From NCBI GenBank assembly GCA_038998335.1, contig JAVZHQ010000001.1, positions 224,001 to 288,000 on the forward strand: a stretch of 64,000 nt of DNA. Direction: 5' to 3'. Both the position numbers and the translations under genes were made by a program. The stretch is from Candidatus Aenigmatarchaeota archaeon. GTDB lineage: Archaea; Aenigmatarchaeota; Aenigmatarchaeia; CG10238-14; SCSR01. The notes under the pieces were generated by a model, which saw nothing but the letters and a program-made list of their open reading frames with translations, did no database searches and had not been told where the DNA came from. The first letter of the stretch is position 1, and every line of letters begins with the position of its first letter. Of the stretch, positions 19,402 to 28,626 are shown in pieces.

Positions 19402-19893
19402 TTATTTAGAATGGAGAGCTTTGGCGATTCTTTCAGGAAGTGTGTCAAGCTTTTCGTCGATTGCTTTCAAGTACTGAGCAAAAATGTCCAATTTTTCTGC
19501 GGCTTTGTCAAGTTTTTCGTTCAAGCTTGCAGCTGATGAGGAAATTGGCTTTAGTGCTTTATCAAGGGTTTCCTCTATTCTATCAAGGGCTTCTTCCCAC
19601 CCTACCAATTGCTCCAGTATTAAGAAATAAAAATATCTCTCTATGCTTAGAATTTTTTCATAGCAAGGTTCCTCTTTTATGCTTTTGACTTTTGCTTCTG
19701 GTGGGGATTCGGAAGTAACTTTCTTATAAAAAAGCTTGAGGTTATCTTCTCCATCACCAACGAGCACTTCAATTTTATCGTTGTTTATGTTTCTAGCATA
19801 AATTTTCTCGATTCCGCTTTCCATTGCTTTTTCTAATAAAAAGAGCCGGTAATCAGCATTTTGAACTTTTTCACCTTCAATTAAAATTTTCAC
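19402..19893 (-). CDS. acylphosphatase-like domain fused to a coiled-coil tail
   Basis: IEGEKVQNADYR, ARN, IEVLV, PPEAKV; heptad-repeat C-terminus. Confidence 0.7.
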   Translation of the reverse strand: MKILIEGEKVQNADYRLFLLEKAMESGIEKIYARNINNDKIEVLVGDGEDNLKLFYKKVTSESPPEAKVKSIKEEPCYEKILSIERYFYFLILEQLVGWEEALDRIEETLDKALKPISSSAASLNEKLDKAAEKLDIFAQYLKAIDEKLDTLPERIAKALHSK

Positions 19894-20072
19894 CGAACCA
19901 CTTCTTCCTTCTTCATTGGATGAAGGTTACTTATTCTCTAAACTAAAATATTATCGTTTCAACGTAAATATTTAAAACTTTAGTTGTGCCTTGTTTTTCA
20001 GTAGTTAATTGAAAGTAGTTTACAATTGTTCTATTAACCGTAAAATAAGAACTTTTAGTTAGTACATTATAT

Positions 20073-20357
20073 TCAAGAGTTTTTAGCTTGTGTTAAATCG
20101 TAGATCTGAAGAAAAGAGTTTGGGTTGTCAAGAGCAAGAGCAATAACTTTGCCTAGCTCCGTAAGTTCATAGTAGATTCTGTTCTTTTCCTTGTAGGATT
20201 TTACCAGATTATCTTTTACCATCTTTGGCAATACGTACAGGCTTAGGTGCCTAGCCGAAACACGAATTTCATAAGATAGTTCAGTAGTGTAGAGTTTACC
20301 TTTTTTATTTAGCGCTAAAAGGACTTTTGCTACTGCACTGCTTCTTAGAGATTCCAT
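20073..20357 (-). CDS. winged-helix transcription regulator
   Basis: LYTTELSYEI...LVKSYKEKNRIYYELTELG. Confidence 0.75.
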   Translation of the reverse strand: MESLRSSAVAKVLLALNKKGKLYTTELSYEIRVSARHLSLYVLPKMVKDNLVKSYKEKNRIYYELTELGKVIALALDNPNSFLQIYDLTQAKNS

Positions 20358-20399
20358 TTTATCACTTTTGTAAAGAGAGCTTTAACTATTTAAAACTTT

Positions 20400-20687
20400 C
20401 TATTTTCTTTTGCTTCTCTTTAATTTTCTTCTTACTAATCTTGGTTTCAAAACTTTGGTTTCAACCATTTTTTCAAGCAAGTTACTTATTTTGTTGAACG
20501 TGTCTGTTAAGTTAGAAATGCTTAATGAAAGGTCATGAAAATCTTCTGTCATAGTTTCCATAACAGTAGCCATATTTTCTATACTTGCTGTTAAATGAAC
20601 TATAGCTCTCATCGCTGAGCCTTCTTCGTCAAAAACGTTTTTTCCTGTACTATCAACGATTCTAAATTCTTTTATCTCCTCGTTCAT
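20400..20687 (-). CDS. hypothetical helical protein with basic tail
   Basis: Strong SD GGAGGTGA upstream. Confidence 0.65.
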   Translation of the reverse strand: MNEEIKEFRIVDSTGKNVFDEEGSAMRAIVHLTASIENMATVMETMTEDFHDLSLSISNLTDTFNKISNLLEKMVETKVLKPRLVRRKLKRSKRK

Positions 20688-20821
20688 GTTTCACCTCCCA
20701 TAATTAAATAAGTTTATTTAGTAAGAAAAAGTAATCTTAAACTTTTGTTGAGTCTTTAAAAAACTTTAAAGCAAACAAATGCTAAACCAATTTTATTTAG
20801 TTGTTTGACTTAAATAGTATT

Positions 20822-21028
20822 ATGAACTTTTGGCTAATAGTTGCGATAATTTTTATAATCTTTGCAATTATTCTTTGGTTTCTTCCTTTCGAGTGTGAAA
20901 CTACAGTAATTAGTCTTGAAAATTGCTATTGTAACTCAACACTATGCAAAAATATTTTTGGAAACAAGCTTTACGGAGAAGAATGCTCGCAATGCGAATT
21001 TATTTTTAATTCAACTAAAGCTTTTTGA
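20822..21028 (+). CDS. small membrane-anchored Cys-rich protein
   Basis: TM helix followed by 6 Cys. Confidence 0.5.
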   Translation: MNFWLIVAIIFIIFAIILWFLPFECETTVISLENCYCNSTLCKNIFGNKLYGEECSQCEFIFNSTKAF

Positions 21029-21485
21029 TTTCTTCTATAGCTTCTTCCTTGAGCCTATCTAAAATCTCGCTTAAGTCTTTTGTAAATTCTACATACTCAA
21101 CATTTTTCTCAAGTTCAGACTTTATTTTTTCCTCATCTATATTTGATTCATCAAAACTTGGAGCAATACTTTTAAAGAGTTCAGTCTTAGTAAAAATTTT
21201 TATACTTTCTGGAATTATTTCTTCATGGATTAAATCTTCAATTTCATTCCTTTTTTCTACCAATACTTCATCACATTTCTTAATAAAAGTTGAAGCATAA
21301 GTTTCAAACTTCTTTCTTAGAATAGAAACATCTTTTTCTAAAATCTTCTTTCTTTCAAAAAAGTATAAAGCTAAAGCAAGTACAAACAAAGGAAAAATTC
21401 CAACAAAAAGCAAAACATACTCGTAAGGAAGAGACTTTAAAAGTGAATCAAAAGAAAATAAAATCCAATTTATCAAATTTTGCAA
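21015..21485 (-). CDS. hypothetical membrane protein
   Basis: One TM helix and an acidic helical domain. Confidence 0.55.
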   Translation of the reverse strand: MQNLINWILFSFDSLLKSLPYEYVLLFVGIFPLFVLALALYFFERKKILEKDVSILRKKFETYASTFIKKCDEVLVEKRNEIEDLIHEEIIPESIKIFTKTELFKSIAPSFDESNIDEEKIKSELEKNVEYVEFTKDLSEILDRLKEEAIEEIKKL

Positions 21486-21502
21486 TTCTTGTATCGGATC
21501 CG

Positions 21503-24500
21503 TTATTCTCTCCTCCTCAAATCCTCCAAAATTCTTTTTTCAGTTCTTGCAACTATTTCTCTTACTTTCTTTATTGCATCGATATTAACTGAAATGCTTG
21601 AAATTCCACACTCAACTAAAAACTCAACCATCTCTGGAATATTGCTTGGGGCTTCGCCACAAATTGAACTTTCCACATTATACCTATTACAAGTTTTTAT
21701 TGTTTCTTTTATTAATCTTAATACTGCAGGGTGCATTTCCGAGTAAAGGTTTAATAACTTTGCGTTATTTCTATCTACGCCTAAGGTAAGCATGGTTAAA
21801 TCATTAGAGCCAATAGAAGCAAATGCTATTCCTTCTTTACAAAATTCTTCTATGGTTAAAGCACAAGAAGGAACTTCGACCATTATGCCAAGCTTACAGC
21901 TTTTTGGCAGTCTAACTTCCAAAGCAATTTCTTTTGCTTTCCTGAATTCCTCAACAGAAATTATAAAAGGAAGCATGATATGAACATTATCCAAACCTTC
22001 TTCATGTAAAGTTTTGATAGCTTCAAACTCTGCTTTGAGTATCTCAGGCTCATCTAAACTTCTTCTTATACCATGCCATCCAAGCATTGGGTTGTCTTCT
22101 TTTGGTTCTGTTTCACCCCCTTCTAGATGTCTTAGCTCATCTGTTCTAGCGTCTAAGGTTCTTACCCATACAGGCTTGGGATAAAATGCTTTTGCTATTG
22201 GTCTTATACCATCAAGAAGAATTTGAATGTACTCTTCTTTTCTCCCTTCCCTAACAAGTTTTGCAGGGTGTTTCCCTGACTTAAGTATCATATGCTCGAT
22301 TCTTAACAAGCCAACTCCATCAACTTTTTTTGCTATTTCTTCCACACCCTCTGGAAAAACAAGATTAACTTTTATTTGAGTAATGGTTGGCTTTATCTCT
22401 TCTTCCTCTTCTTCTGGAGCTACGATTTCTGGTGTCTCTACCTGAATTATTCCAGGATAAATCAAACCACGATAAGCATCGACAGTAACTTCTTGTCCAT
22501 CTTTTAAAACTTTTGTTGCAGCTAAGGTTCCTACTACACAAGGAATTCTCATTTCTCTTGAAACTATTGCCGCATGACAGTTTGAAACTAATAGAGGAGT
22601 GTATTTTTTGGTAAACACAACATAATTTTTATTAACTTCTTCTTCCGTATCAACTTCAAAGTTAAACACTTCTGTTTTAAATCTTTCACCAACTTCTTTA
22701 ACTCTTAACATACTTAGGCTTGAGTTAAGTATTCTTTCGATTTCTTCTTTTTCTCTTCCTTCAAGCAGAGGTAAAATTCTTTCTCTAATTTTATTTCTAT
22801 CGATTAAGAGGTTTTTATTCAAATAAGGCTTTATTTTTCCTTTCCAGTTTGCTTTATCTTCCAAACCTTCAAGAACTTGTTTAGCCGCAAAGAATTTGCT
22901 TCCCTTTTTCCTTTCGTCAAAATTTGCTTTAATTCTTTTACATTTTTCCAAAATTTCTTTCACTTTTTCTCCTATTTGAACGTTACATATTTCTCTATTT
23001 TTTGTTATTTTGGGGATAATTCCTAGCTTTAAACAAGTTATTACTATCCCCCTTAGTAGGTTTTTGTCCGAAACATAAATTTGAATTCTATTTTTAGAAA
23101 TTGTACCATCCCCATCGATAACTCCTGCAAGAAAAGCTAAAGAAGTAGCTTCATCTAAGAGCAAGCACCAAGAAGCTAAGTGTTGATAGATCTTTTCTAG
23201 AATCAAAGCAGGATAAAGTCTGTAAGAAATATAATCACTTACAGTTCCGGTAACCTCTTTTCCTCTTATTTGTGTGTGAGTTATTTTCTCTTTTTGGCTA
23301 AATTCGTAACCAAAAATTTCTTTGAAATAATCTCTAACTGCAGTAATAAACTCAATTTTTGACTCTTCCTCTTTTTGAGTAAATATCACACAACCTCTTC
23401 TTAAGCCTGTCTTACCCTTAAAAATTTTCCAGTAACCGTCAGAAAAAATGCTTCCTACTAAATATCCAAGTTTTTCGTTAGAAATCTTACATTCAGAATC
23501 AGGCAGGCCAAAAGGTACACAAATAGCTAGTTTTTTACTTAAAATTTCTTGAAGTTCTTTTTTAATTAATTCTCTTTTTTCATAAGTGAAAATTTTATGG
23601 TCTGGAGTTATTCTTATGGAATTATCTTTAATCTTTCCGGTTTGTGAAACAGAAACTTCTACAGTTTGGGCAATTCTTCTAAAGGCTCTTTTAATTCTTC
23701 TCCAAATAGGTTGATTTCTTAAGCAGTCAAAAGAAAGAATGTAAACCTTTTCCTTATTCATAACTTTTTCATAGAGTTCTTCTGCAGTAACGAAACCTTT
23801 TGGCGTTAGAAGAAGAGTATCTCCTGCTATGCAGGTTTGTCCTCCGGAATCAGTTATTATAGCTGAACACTTGCTCATAGTAGGAACCAAATCAGGAGAA
23901 GTCATTGTCGTAACTAAAATATCTCCCTTTTCAACTTTATCTATATCCTTTAGGTCTAAAACAATTTTAACAACCCCTGAAGCTATCCCAGGCGAAACCC
24001 CCAAACCCTTAAGAATAGGTTCACCAACAACTTGTATTTCTTCTACTTTTCCTATGGTTGTTATCGCTCTTGTTTGAACTATATATATTCTGTTTCTCTC
24101 TATGGCAAACTCAATGTCCTGAGGTTTACCGTAATGGTTTTCAAGTATTACTCCGTAATGAGCAAGTTTTGCTATTTCTTCTTCCGTTAAAATTTGTTTT
24201 CCTTTTTTATCTCTTGGAACAGGAATCTCTTCTGTTTTATCAGTAGCTAAATCTCTTACTCGCATAATTTCTTTTAAACCAATTTTTTTCTCGAGAAGTT
24301 TGCCATCTTTTGAAACTATATAAATATCAGGAGTAACTCTACCAGAAACAAGGGTTTCGCCTAAACCCCAACAAGCTTCTATAACTATTTTATCTTCCCC
24401 AGTTGCAGGGTTAACCGTGAACATTACTCCAGCCTTTTCACTATTAACCATTTTTTGAATAACAACAGCAATGCTAGCATGCCTAAACCCTTGTTTTGCT

Positions 24501-25033
24501 CTGTAAAAAATGGCTCTAGGCTCATACAAGCTTGCAAAACATTCCTTAACAGCTTGCAAAAGCTCTTTATGTCCTTTAACGTTTAAGAAAGAAGCTTGTT
24601 GGCCAGCAAAACTTGCTGTTGGCAAATCTTCAGCAGTAGCAGAACTCCTAACTGCAACCAAAGCTAAGTCTCTCCCAGATTTTATTATTTCTAGTTCTTT
24701 TCCAACTTCGCTATAAGAAAGAGTTTCGTAAGCTTCTATAATTTCATTTTTAATAGTTGCAGGATACTCTTGTGAAAGAATAAGCTCTTTTATTTTTTGG
24801 GAAGTCTCAAGAAGTTGAGTAGTATTGTCAACATCACACTCTTTTATCAAATTATCTATTAAATCTTTAATTTTGTTAATTTCTATAAATTTTTCAAAGG
24901 CATTCGTTGTTATTACAAACCCTGGAGGAACAGGAAGTCCAAGCCTTGTCATTTCTCCTAGGTTTGCACCTTTACCTCCTGCTATACTTAAGGAATCTCT
25001 TGAAAGCTCATCAAGCCATTTGATATATTCCAT
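21503..25033 (-). CDS. ppsA: phosphoenolpyruvate synthase, intein-containing
   Basis: GGKGANLGEM, AVRSSATAEDL, SFAGQ, T[intein]CHAAIVSRE, NPMLGWHG, SIGSNDL. Confidence 0.93.
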   Translation of the reverse strand: MEYIKWLDELSRDSLSIAGGKGANLGEMTRLGLPVPPGFVITTNAFEKFIEINKIKDLIDNLIKECDVDNTTQLLETSQKIKELILSQEYPATIKNEIIEAYETLSYSEVGKELEIIKSGRDLALVAVRSSATAEDLPTASFAGQQASFLNVKGHKELLQAVKECFASLYEPRAIFYRAKQGFRHASIAVVIQKMVNSEKAGVMFTVNPATGEDKIVIEACWGLGETLVSGRVTPDIYIVSKDGKLLEKKIGLKEIMRVRDLATDKTEEIPVPRDKKGKQILTEEEIAKLAHYGVILENHYGKPQDIEFAIERNRIYIVQTRAITTIGKVEEIQVVGEPILKGLGVSPGIASGVVKIVLDLKDIDKVEKGDILVTTMTSPDLVPTMSKCSAIITDSGGQTCIAGDTLLLTPKGFVTAEELYEKVMNKEKVYILSFDCLRNQPIWRRIKRAFRRIAQTVEVSVSQTGKIKDNSIRITPDHKIFTYEKRELIKKELQEILSKKLAICVPFGLPDSECKISNEKLGYLVGSIFSDGYWKIFKGKTGLRRGCVIFTQKEEESKIEFITAVRDYFKEIFGYEFSQKEKITHTQIRGKEVTGTVSDYISYRLYPALILEKIYQHLASWCLLLDEATSLAFLAGVIDGDGTISKNRIQIYVSDKNLLRGIVITCLKLGIIPKITKNREICNVQIGEKVKEILEKCKRIKANFDERKKGSKFFAAKQVLEGLEDKANWKGKIKPYLNKNLLIDRNKIRERILPLLEGREKEEIERILNSSLSMLRVKEVGERFKTEVFNFEVDTEEEVNKNYVVFTKKYTPLLVSNCHAAIVSREMRIPCVVGTLAATKVLKDGQEVTVDAYRGLIYPGIIQVETPEIVAPEEEEEEIKPTITQIKVNLVFPEGVEEIAKKVDGVGLLRIEHMILKSGKHPAKLVREGRKEEYIQILLDGIRPIAKAFYPKPVWVRTLDARTDELRHLEGGETEPKEDNPMLGWHGIRRSLDEPEILKAEFEAIKTLHEEGLDNVHIMLPFIISVEEFRKAKEIALEVRLPKSCKLGIMVEVPSCALTIEEFCKEGIAFASIGSNDLTMLTLGVDRNNAKLLNLYSEMHPAVLRLIKETIKTCNRYNVESSICGEAPSNIPEMVEFLVECGISSISVNIDAIKKVREIVARTEKRILEDLRRRE
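22580..23833 (-). mobile_element. intein (418 aa) with LAGLIDADG homing endonuclease
   Basis: Begins CIAGDT; block B ITPDHKIF; LVGSIFSDG and FLAGVIDGDG; ends VSN before extein Cys. Confidence 0.92.
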
Positions 25034-25063
25034 AATAATTATTTCATTTTTATTAAAGATATC

Positions 25064-25576
25064 TTATTCCTCAATTTCAATCCTTATGGGAGTAGAAATT
25101 TTAAGGCCAGCTTTCTTTAAAGCTTGTTTCCCCACTTCTAAATTTTGCTTGTTTATTTGGAGCATCATAATCTTTTGACCTTCTTTAACTTGTATTGCAG
25201 TGCCAACAGGTTTTCCAAAAGCTAGTTTCATTCCTCTTGAATATCTATCAGCTCCTGCCCCAGTTGCTATAGGTTTTTCCCTCAAGACATGATGAGGATA
25301 TAATAAAATTTTGAAGAAATAGTTTGAACCAAGATTTTTTTCTAAGAACTTATGAGCAACTACTCTTGCTGCTTCCAAGGCATTATCTCTTATTTGTACA
25401 CTATTTTTTGCAACTAAGTATAAAGTGAGATCATAATCTCCTTTCATTCCCATTTCAAACTGATGAGTTTTTGGGTAAGGTACTCCAACCACATAACTTT
25501 TTCTTGGAACCTTTTTACTTATTCTAGTGTAAGGTCTTTCTATCTTTCTCATAGTTCTTCCAGGTCTTAAAGCCAT
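25064..25576 (-). CDS. rpl10e: 50S ribosomal protein L10e (uL16)
   Basis: QIRDNALEAARV, YPHHVLRE, GAGADRYSRGMKLAFGKPVG. Confidence 0.95.
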   Translation of the reverse strand: MALRPGRTMRKIERPYTRISKKVPRKSYVVGVPYPKTHQFEMGMKGDYDLTLYLVAKNSVQIRDNALEAARVVAHKFLEKNLGSNYFFKILLYPHHVLREKPIATGAGADRYSRGMKLAFGKPVGTAIQVKEGQKIMMLQINKQNLEVGKQALKKAGLKISTPIRIEIEE

Positions 25577-25679
25577 AAAATCACTTTATTCAATTCTAAT
25601 TAACAAATATTTAAAGTTTTTAAAGAAAAAAGTATTTAATTTAAATAGCTGTTATATTAATAGAAAAGGAGGTGTAAAG

Positions 25680-25844
25680 GTGGCATTAGTTGTTAAGTCT
25701 GCAGTTAAAGCTCAACTAAAAGGTTTCAGAGTAGGAGGAGACTTCTTCACAGCTCTAGACAAACAGATTGGAGAAATGCTCAAAACTGCTATGGCAAGAG
25801 CTAAAGCTAACGGAAGAAAAACGTTGAGAGCATGTGATTTGTAA
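25680..25844 (+). CDS. short histone-fold protein (54 aa), not in ORF track
   Basis: GGAGGTG SD then GTG; MALVVKSAVKAQLKGFRVGGDFFTALDKQIGEMLKTAMARAKANGRKTLRACDL. Confidence 0.88.
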   Translation: MALVVKSAVKAQLKGFRVGGDFFTALDKQIGEMLKTAMARAKANGRKTLRACDL

Positions 25845-25913
25845 GCTAGAAATTTTTTGAACTTTTTTGTTTTTTCTTTTAAATTTTTATAAATGAATAG
25901 GTAAAATAATTTA

Positions 25914-26489
25914 ATGGAAAAAGTAGTAGGGATAACAGGAACTATCGCTTCTGGAAAAGATACAGTTAAAAAAATTTTACAAAGTAAATTTAATTGTTAT
26001 ACAGTTTCTCTTTCTTCTATCATTAAAGCAGAACTTGAAAAGAAGAAGAATAAAAATTTTAGCAGAAAAAACTTGCAAGATTTGGGTAATGAATTAAGAA
26101 AAAAATATGGCACACATATTTTAGCTATGCTCGCAGTTGAATACTTACAAAGAGATAAGGAACTTATAATAATAGATGGAATAAGAAACCCAGGAGAAGT
26201 GGATTTCCTTAGGAAAAAGTTCGGTAATAAATTTGTTTTGATTGGTGTAGATGCCAACCCAAAAATAAGGTTCGAGAGAATAAAGAAAAGAGGTAATGAT
26301 TCTGACCCAAAAACTTGGGAAGAATTTTTGGAAATAGATAAAAGAGACCAAGGAGAAAATGAACCTGAGTATGGACAAAAAACTAAGGAATGCTTGGAAA
26401 AAGCTGATTTTCTTATAATTAACGATAGTACCTTAGAAGATTTAGAAAAAAAAGTAAATGAAATAGCAGAAAAGATAAAAAACTGGTAG
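25914..26489 (+). CDS. P-loop nucleotide kinase (archaeal dephospho-CoA kinase/NMP kinase-like)
   Basis: GITGTIASGKDT, IIDGIRNPGEV, RFERIKKRG. Confidence 0.75.
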   Translation: MEKVVGITGTIASGKDTVKKILQSKFNCYTVSLSSIIKAELEKKKNKNFSRKNLQDLGNELRKKYGTHILAMLAVEYLQRDKELIIIDGIRNPGEVDFLRKKFGNKFVLIGVDANPKIRFERIKKRGNDSDPKTWEEFLEIDKRDQGENEPEYGQKTKECLEKADFLIINDSTLEDLEKKVNEIAEKIKNW

Positions 26490-26523
26490 ATTTAAATAGA
26501 ATAACAGCTAATTACTTGTAATT

Positions 26524-27240
26524 ATGAGGGTTAAGCTTTTGGCCTATACTCCTAACCCAGAATTGGTAGTTGCAGCTTCTGCTACAACTTCATTTAAAAA
26601 GAAGCCCCCTTCTTTCACTTTTGAGAAATATAAAAAGGAAATGTCAAGAGAGAAGATTAAAAAGATAATAAGAGATTTGCTTAGGCACAATCATTTATCT
26701 CCTTTAGAGCATGCTTCTTTCACTTTCGCTTTAGAAGAAGTTTCAAGAAGTTTAACTCATGAGCTTGTAAGACATAGAATAGCCTCTTATACACAACAAA
26801 GTCAAAGATACGTGAAGGTTGACACTAACGAAGAATGGTATGTTATTCCACCAAAGCTTGATGAAGAAAAAAGAAAAAAATTTGTAGAAATAATGAATCA
26901 GATAGCAAAATGGTACGAAGAATTTATAAATGAAGGAGTAGCTTATGAGGATGCCAGGTTTATTCTCCCCAACGCAACTAAAACCAACATTGTTGTTACT
27001 ATGAACGCTAGAGAGCTTTACCATTTCTTTAACTTAAGATGTTGTGCAAGAGCACAATGGGAAATAAGGAGCGCAGCCACAGAAATGCTAAGAATAGTTA
27101 AAAAAATTGCACCAACTTTATTTGAAAAAGCAGGACCTAGTTGTATGAAAGGATTTTGCCCAGAAGCAGAGCTTATGCCAGAAGAATGCAGGAAGTTAGG
27201 AATAACAAGAATACAGAAAAAGTTTAGGGAGTTGAAATAA
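26524..27240 (+). CDS. thyX: FAD-dependent thymidylate synthase
   Basis: HLSPLEH, HELVRHRIASYTQQSQRY, AQWEIR. Confidence 0.95.
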   Translation: MRVKLLAYTPNPELVVAASATTSFKKKPPSFTFEKYKKEMSREKIKKIIRDLLRHNHLSPLEHASFTFALEEVSRSLTHELVRHRIASYTQQSQRYVKVDTNEEWYVIPPKLDEEKRKKFVEIMNQIAKWYEEFINEGVAYEDARFILPNATKTNIVVTMNARELYHFFNLRCCARAQWEIRSAATEMLRIVKKIAPTLFEKAGPSCMKGFCPEAELMPEECRKLGITRIQKKFRELK

Positions 27241-27241
27241 A

Positions 27242-27394
27242 ATGGGAATAAAAGGGTTAATAAGAGATGCTGTTATGGTTTTTGTGGCGTTTCAACTTTT
27301 AACTAACGGAATTGATAAAACATATTTGGCTTATATTCTTATAGCTGTTGTGATCTTCTTCACCATTCTTGGTTTTTGGAGGTTACTTAGTTGA
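27242..27394 (+). CDS. small 2-TM membrane protein (50 aa), not in ORF track
   Basis: MGIKGLIRDAVMVFVAFQLL...WRLLS*; 1-nt gap after the thyX stop; its TGA overlaps the glyA TTG. Confidence 0.7.
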   Translation: MGIKGLIRDAVMVFVAFQLLTNGIDKTYLAYILIAVVIFFTILGFWRLLS

Positions 27395-28626
27395 AAGAAA
27401 AAGTTTTTGAAATAGTAAAAAAACAAAACGAATGGAGAAGAAAAGAATGCATAAACTTGATAGCCTCAGAAAGTGTTTTATCACCTTTAGCAGAGAAGTT
27501 TTTTGTTTCTGATTTTGAAGGAAGATATAATGAGCATTCAGGAAGAGAATGTCATTACCAAGGAACAAAATATTCTTACGAAATTGAAGAATTTTGCAAC
27601 GAAATTTTTAGAAGAAAATTTAAAACAAAGTTCGCTGATGTTAGACCAATATCTGGAGGAATAGCCAATCTTGTAGCTTATACTGCATTTTGTAAACCAG
27701 GAGACATAATAGCAAGTCTGGGAATTCAAAACGGAGCCCATGTAAGCTCAAGTCACTATGGCTTAGCAGGAGTGAGAGGTTTAAGAAGCGTTGAGATGTT
27801 TTTTGATGAAAAGAAAATGAATATAGATGTAGAAAAAAGTGTTGAACTAATAAAAAAAGTTAAGCCAAAGCTTATAATGTTAGGGGCTTCTATGATTCTC
27901 TTTCCCGAACCTGTAAAAGAGATAAGGGAAGAAATTAAAGATGTTAAGATAGTCTATGACGCTTCCCATGTTTTTGGTTTAATATATAATCAAGAGTTTC
28001 AAGACCCTTTAAAAGAAGGAGTAGACCTAATAACTTCTTCAACTCACAAAACTTTTCAAGGCCCTCAAGGTGGTTTGATAATAGGAAGTAATAGCTTAAG
28101 TGAAGAAGAATGGGAAAAGGTTCAAACTGCAATTTTTCCAGGAATACTTTCTAACACTCATCTTCACAGATTTCCTGCTTTAGCTATTACTGCTTTAGAA
28201 ATGAATGAGTTTGGGAAAGATTATGCAAAACAAGTAATAAAAAACGCAAAGGTTTTGGCAAGAGAGCTCTATAACCTTGGGTTTAAAGTTCTCTGTCCTG
28301 AGTTAGACTTTACAGAATCGCATCAAGTAATAGTTAACGTTAAAGAGCTTGGAGGAGGGAAAATAGTTGCTGAAAAACTGGAAAAAAGTAATATAATATG
28401 CAATAAGATTGCTCTACCTTCTGATTCTCCCCATGATGCAACAAAAAATCCTAGTGGAATAAGGCTTGGAGTTCAAGAGCTAACAAGGTTTGGGATGAAA
28501 GAAAGCGAGATGAAAATAGTCGCAGAATTTTTCAAAAAAGTTTTAATTGAAAATAAGAATGTGAGAGAGGAAGTTAAGGAATTTAGGAAGAACTTCCATA
28601 AAATTTTTTACTGTTTTGAAGTTTAA
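27391..28626 (+). CDS. glyA: serine hydroxymethyltransferase
   Basis: INLIASE, YDASHVFGL, SSTHKTFQGPQGG, SGIRLG. Confidence 0.93.
   Translation: MKEKVFEIVKKQNEWRRKECINLIASESVLSPLAEKFFVSDFEGRYNEHSGRECHYQGTKYSYEIEEFCNEIFRRKFKTKFADVRPISGGIANLVAYTAFCKPGDIIASLGIQNGAHVSSSHYGLAGVRGLRSVEMFFDEKKMNIDVEKSVELIKKVKPKLIMLGASMILFPEPVKEIREEIKDVKIVYDASHVFGLIYNQEFQDPLKEGVDLITSSTHKTFQGPQGGLIIGSNSLSEEEWEKVQTAIFPGILSNTHLHRFPALAITALEMNEFGKDYAKQVIKNAKVLARELYNLGFKVLCPELDFTESHQVIVNVKELGGGKIVAEKLEKSNIICNKIALPSDSPHDATKNPSGIRLGVQELTRFGMKESEMKIVAEFFKKVLIENKNVREEVKEFRKNFHKIFYCFEV

Noticed and set aside
19891-19920. One-base deletion joining an upstream ATG (MKKEEVVR) to the acylphosphatase-like gene
   Set aside because: The GTG start already gives a plausible N-terminus; cannot be decided without reads.
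17577-21500. Integrated element at tRNA-Thr
   Set aside because: No integrase and no repeat of the tRNA 3' end seen.
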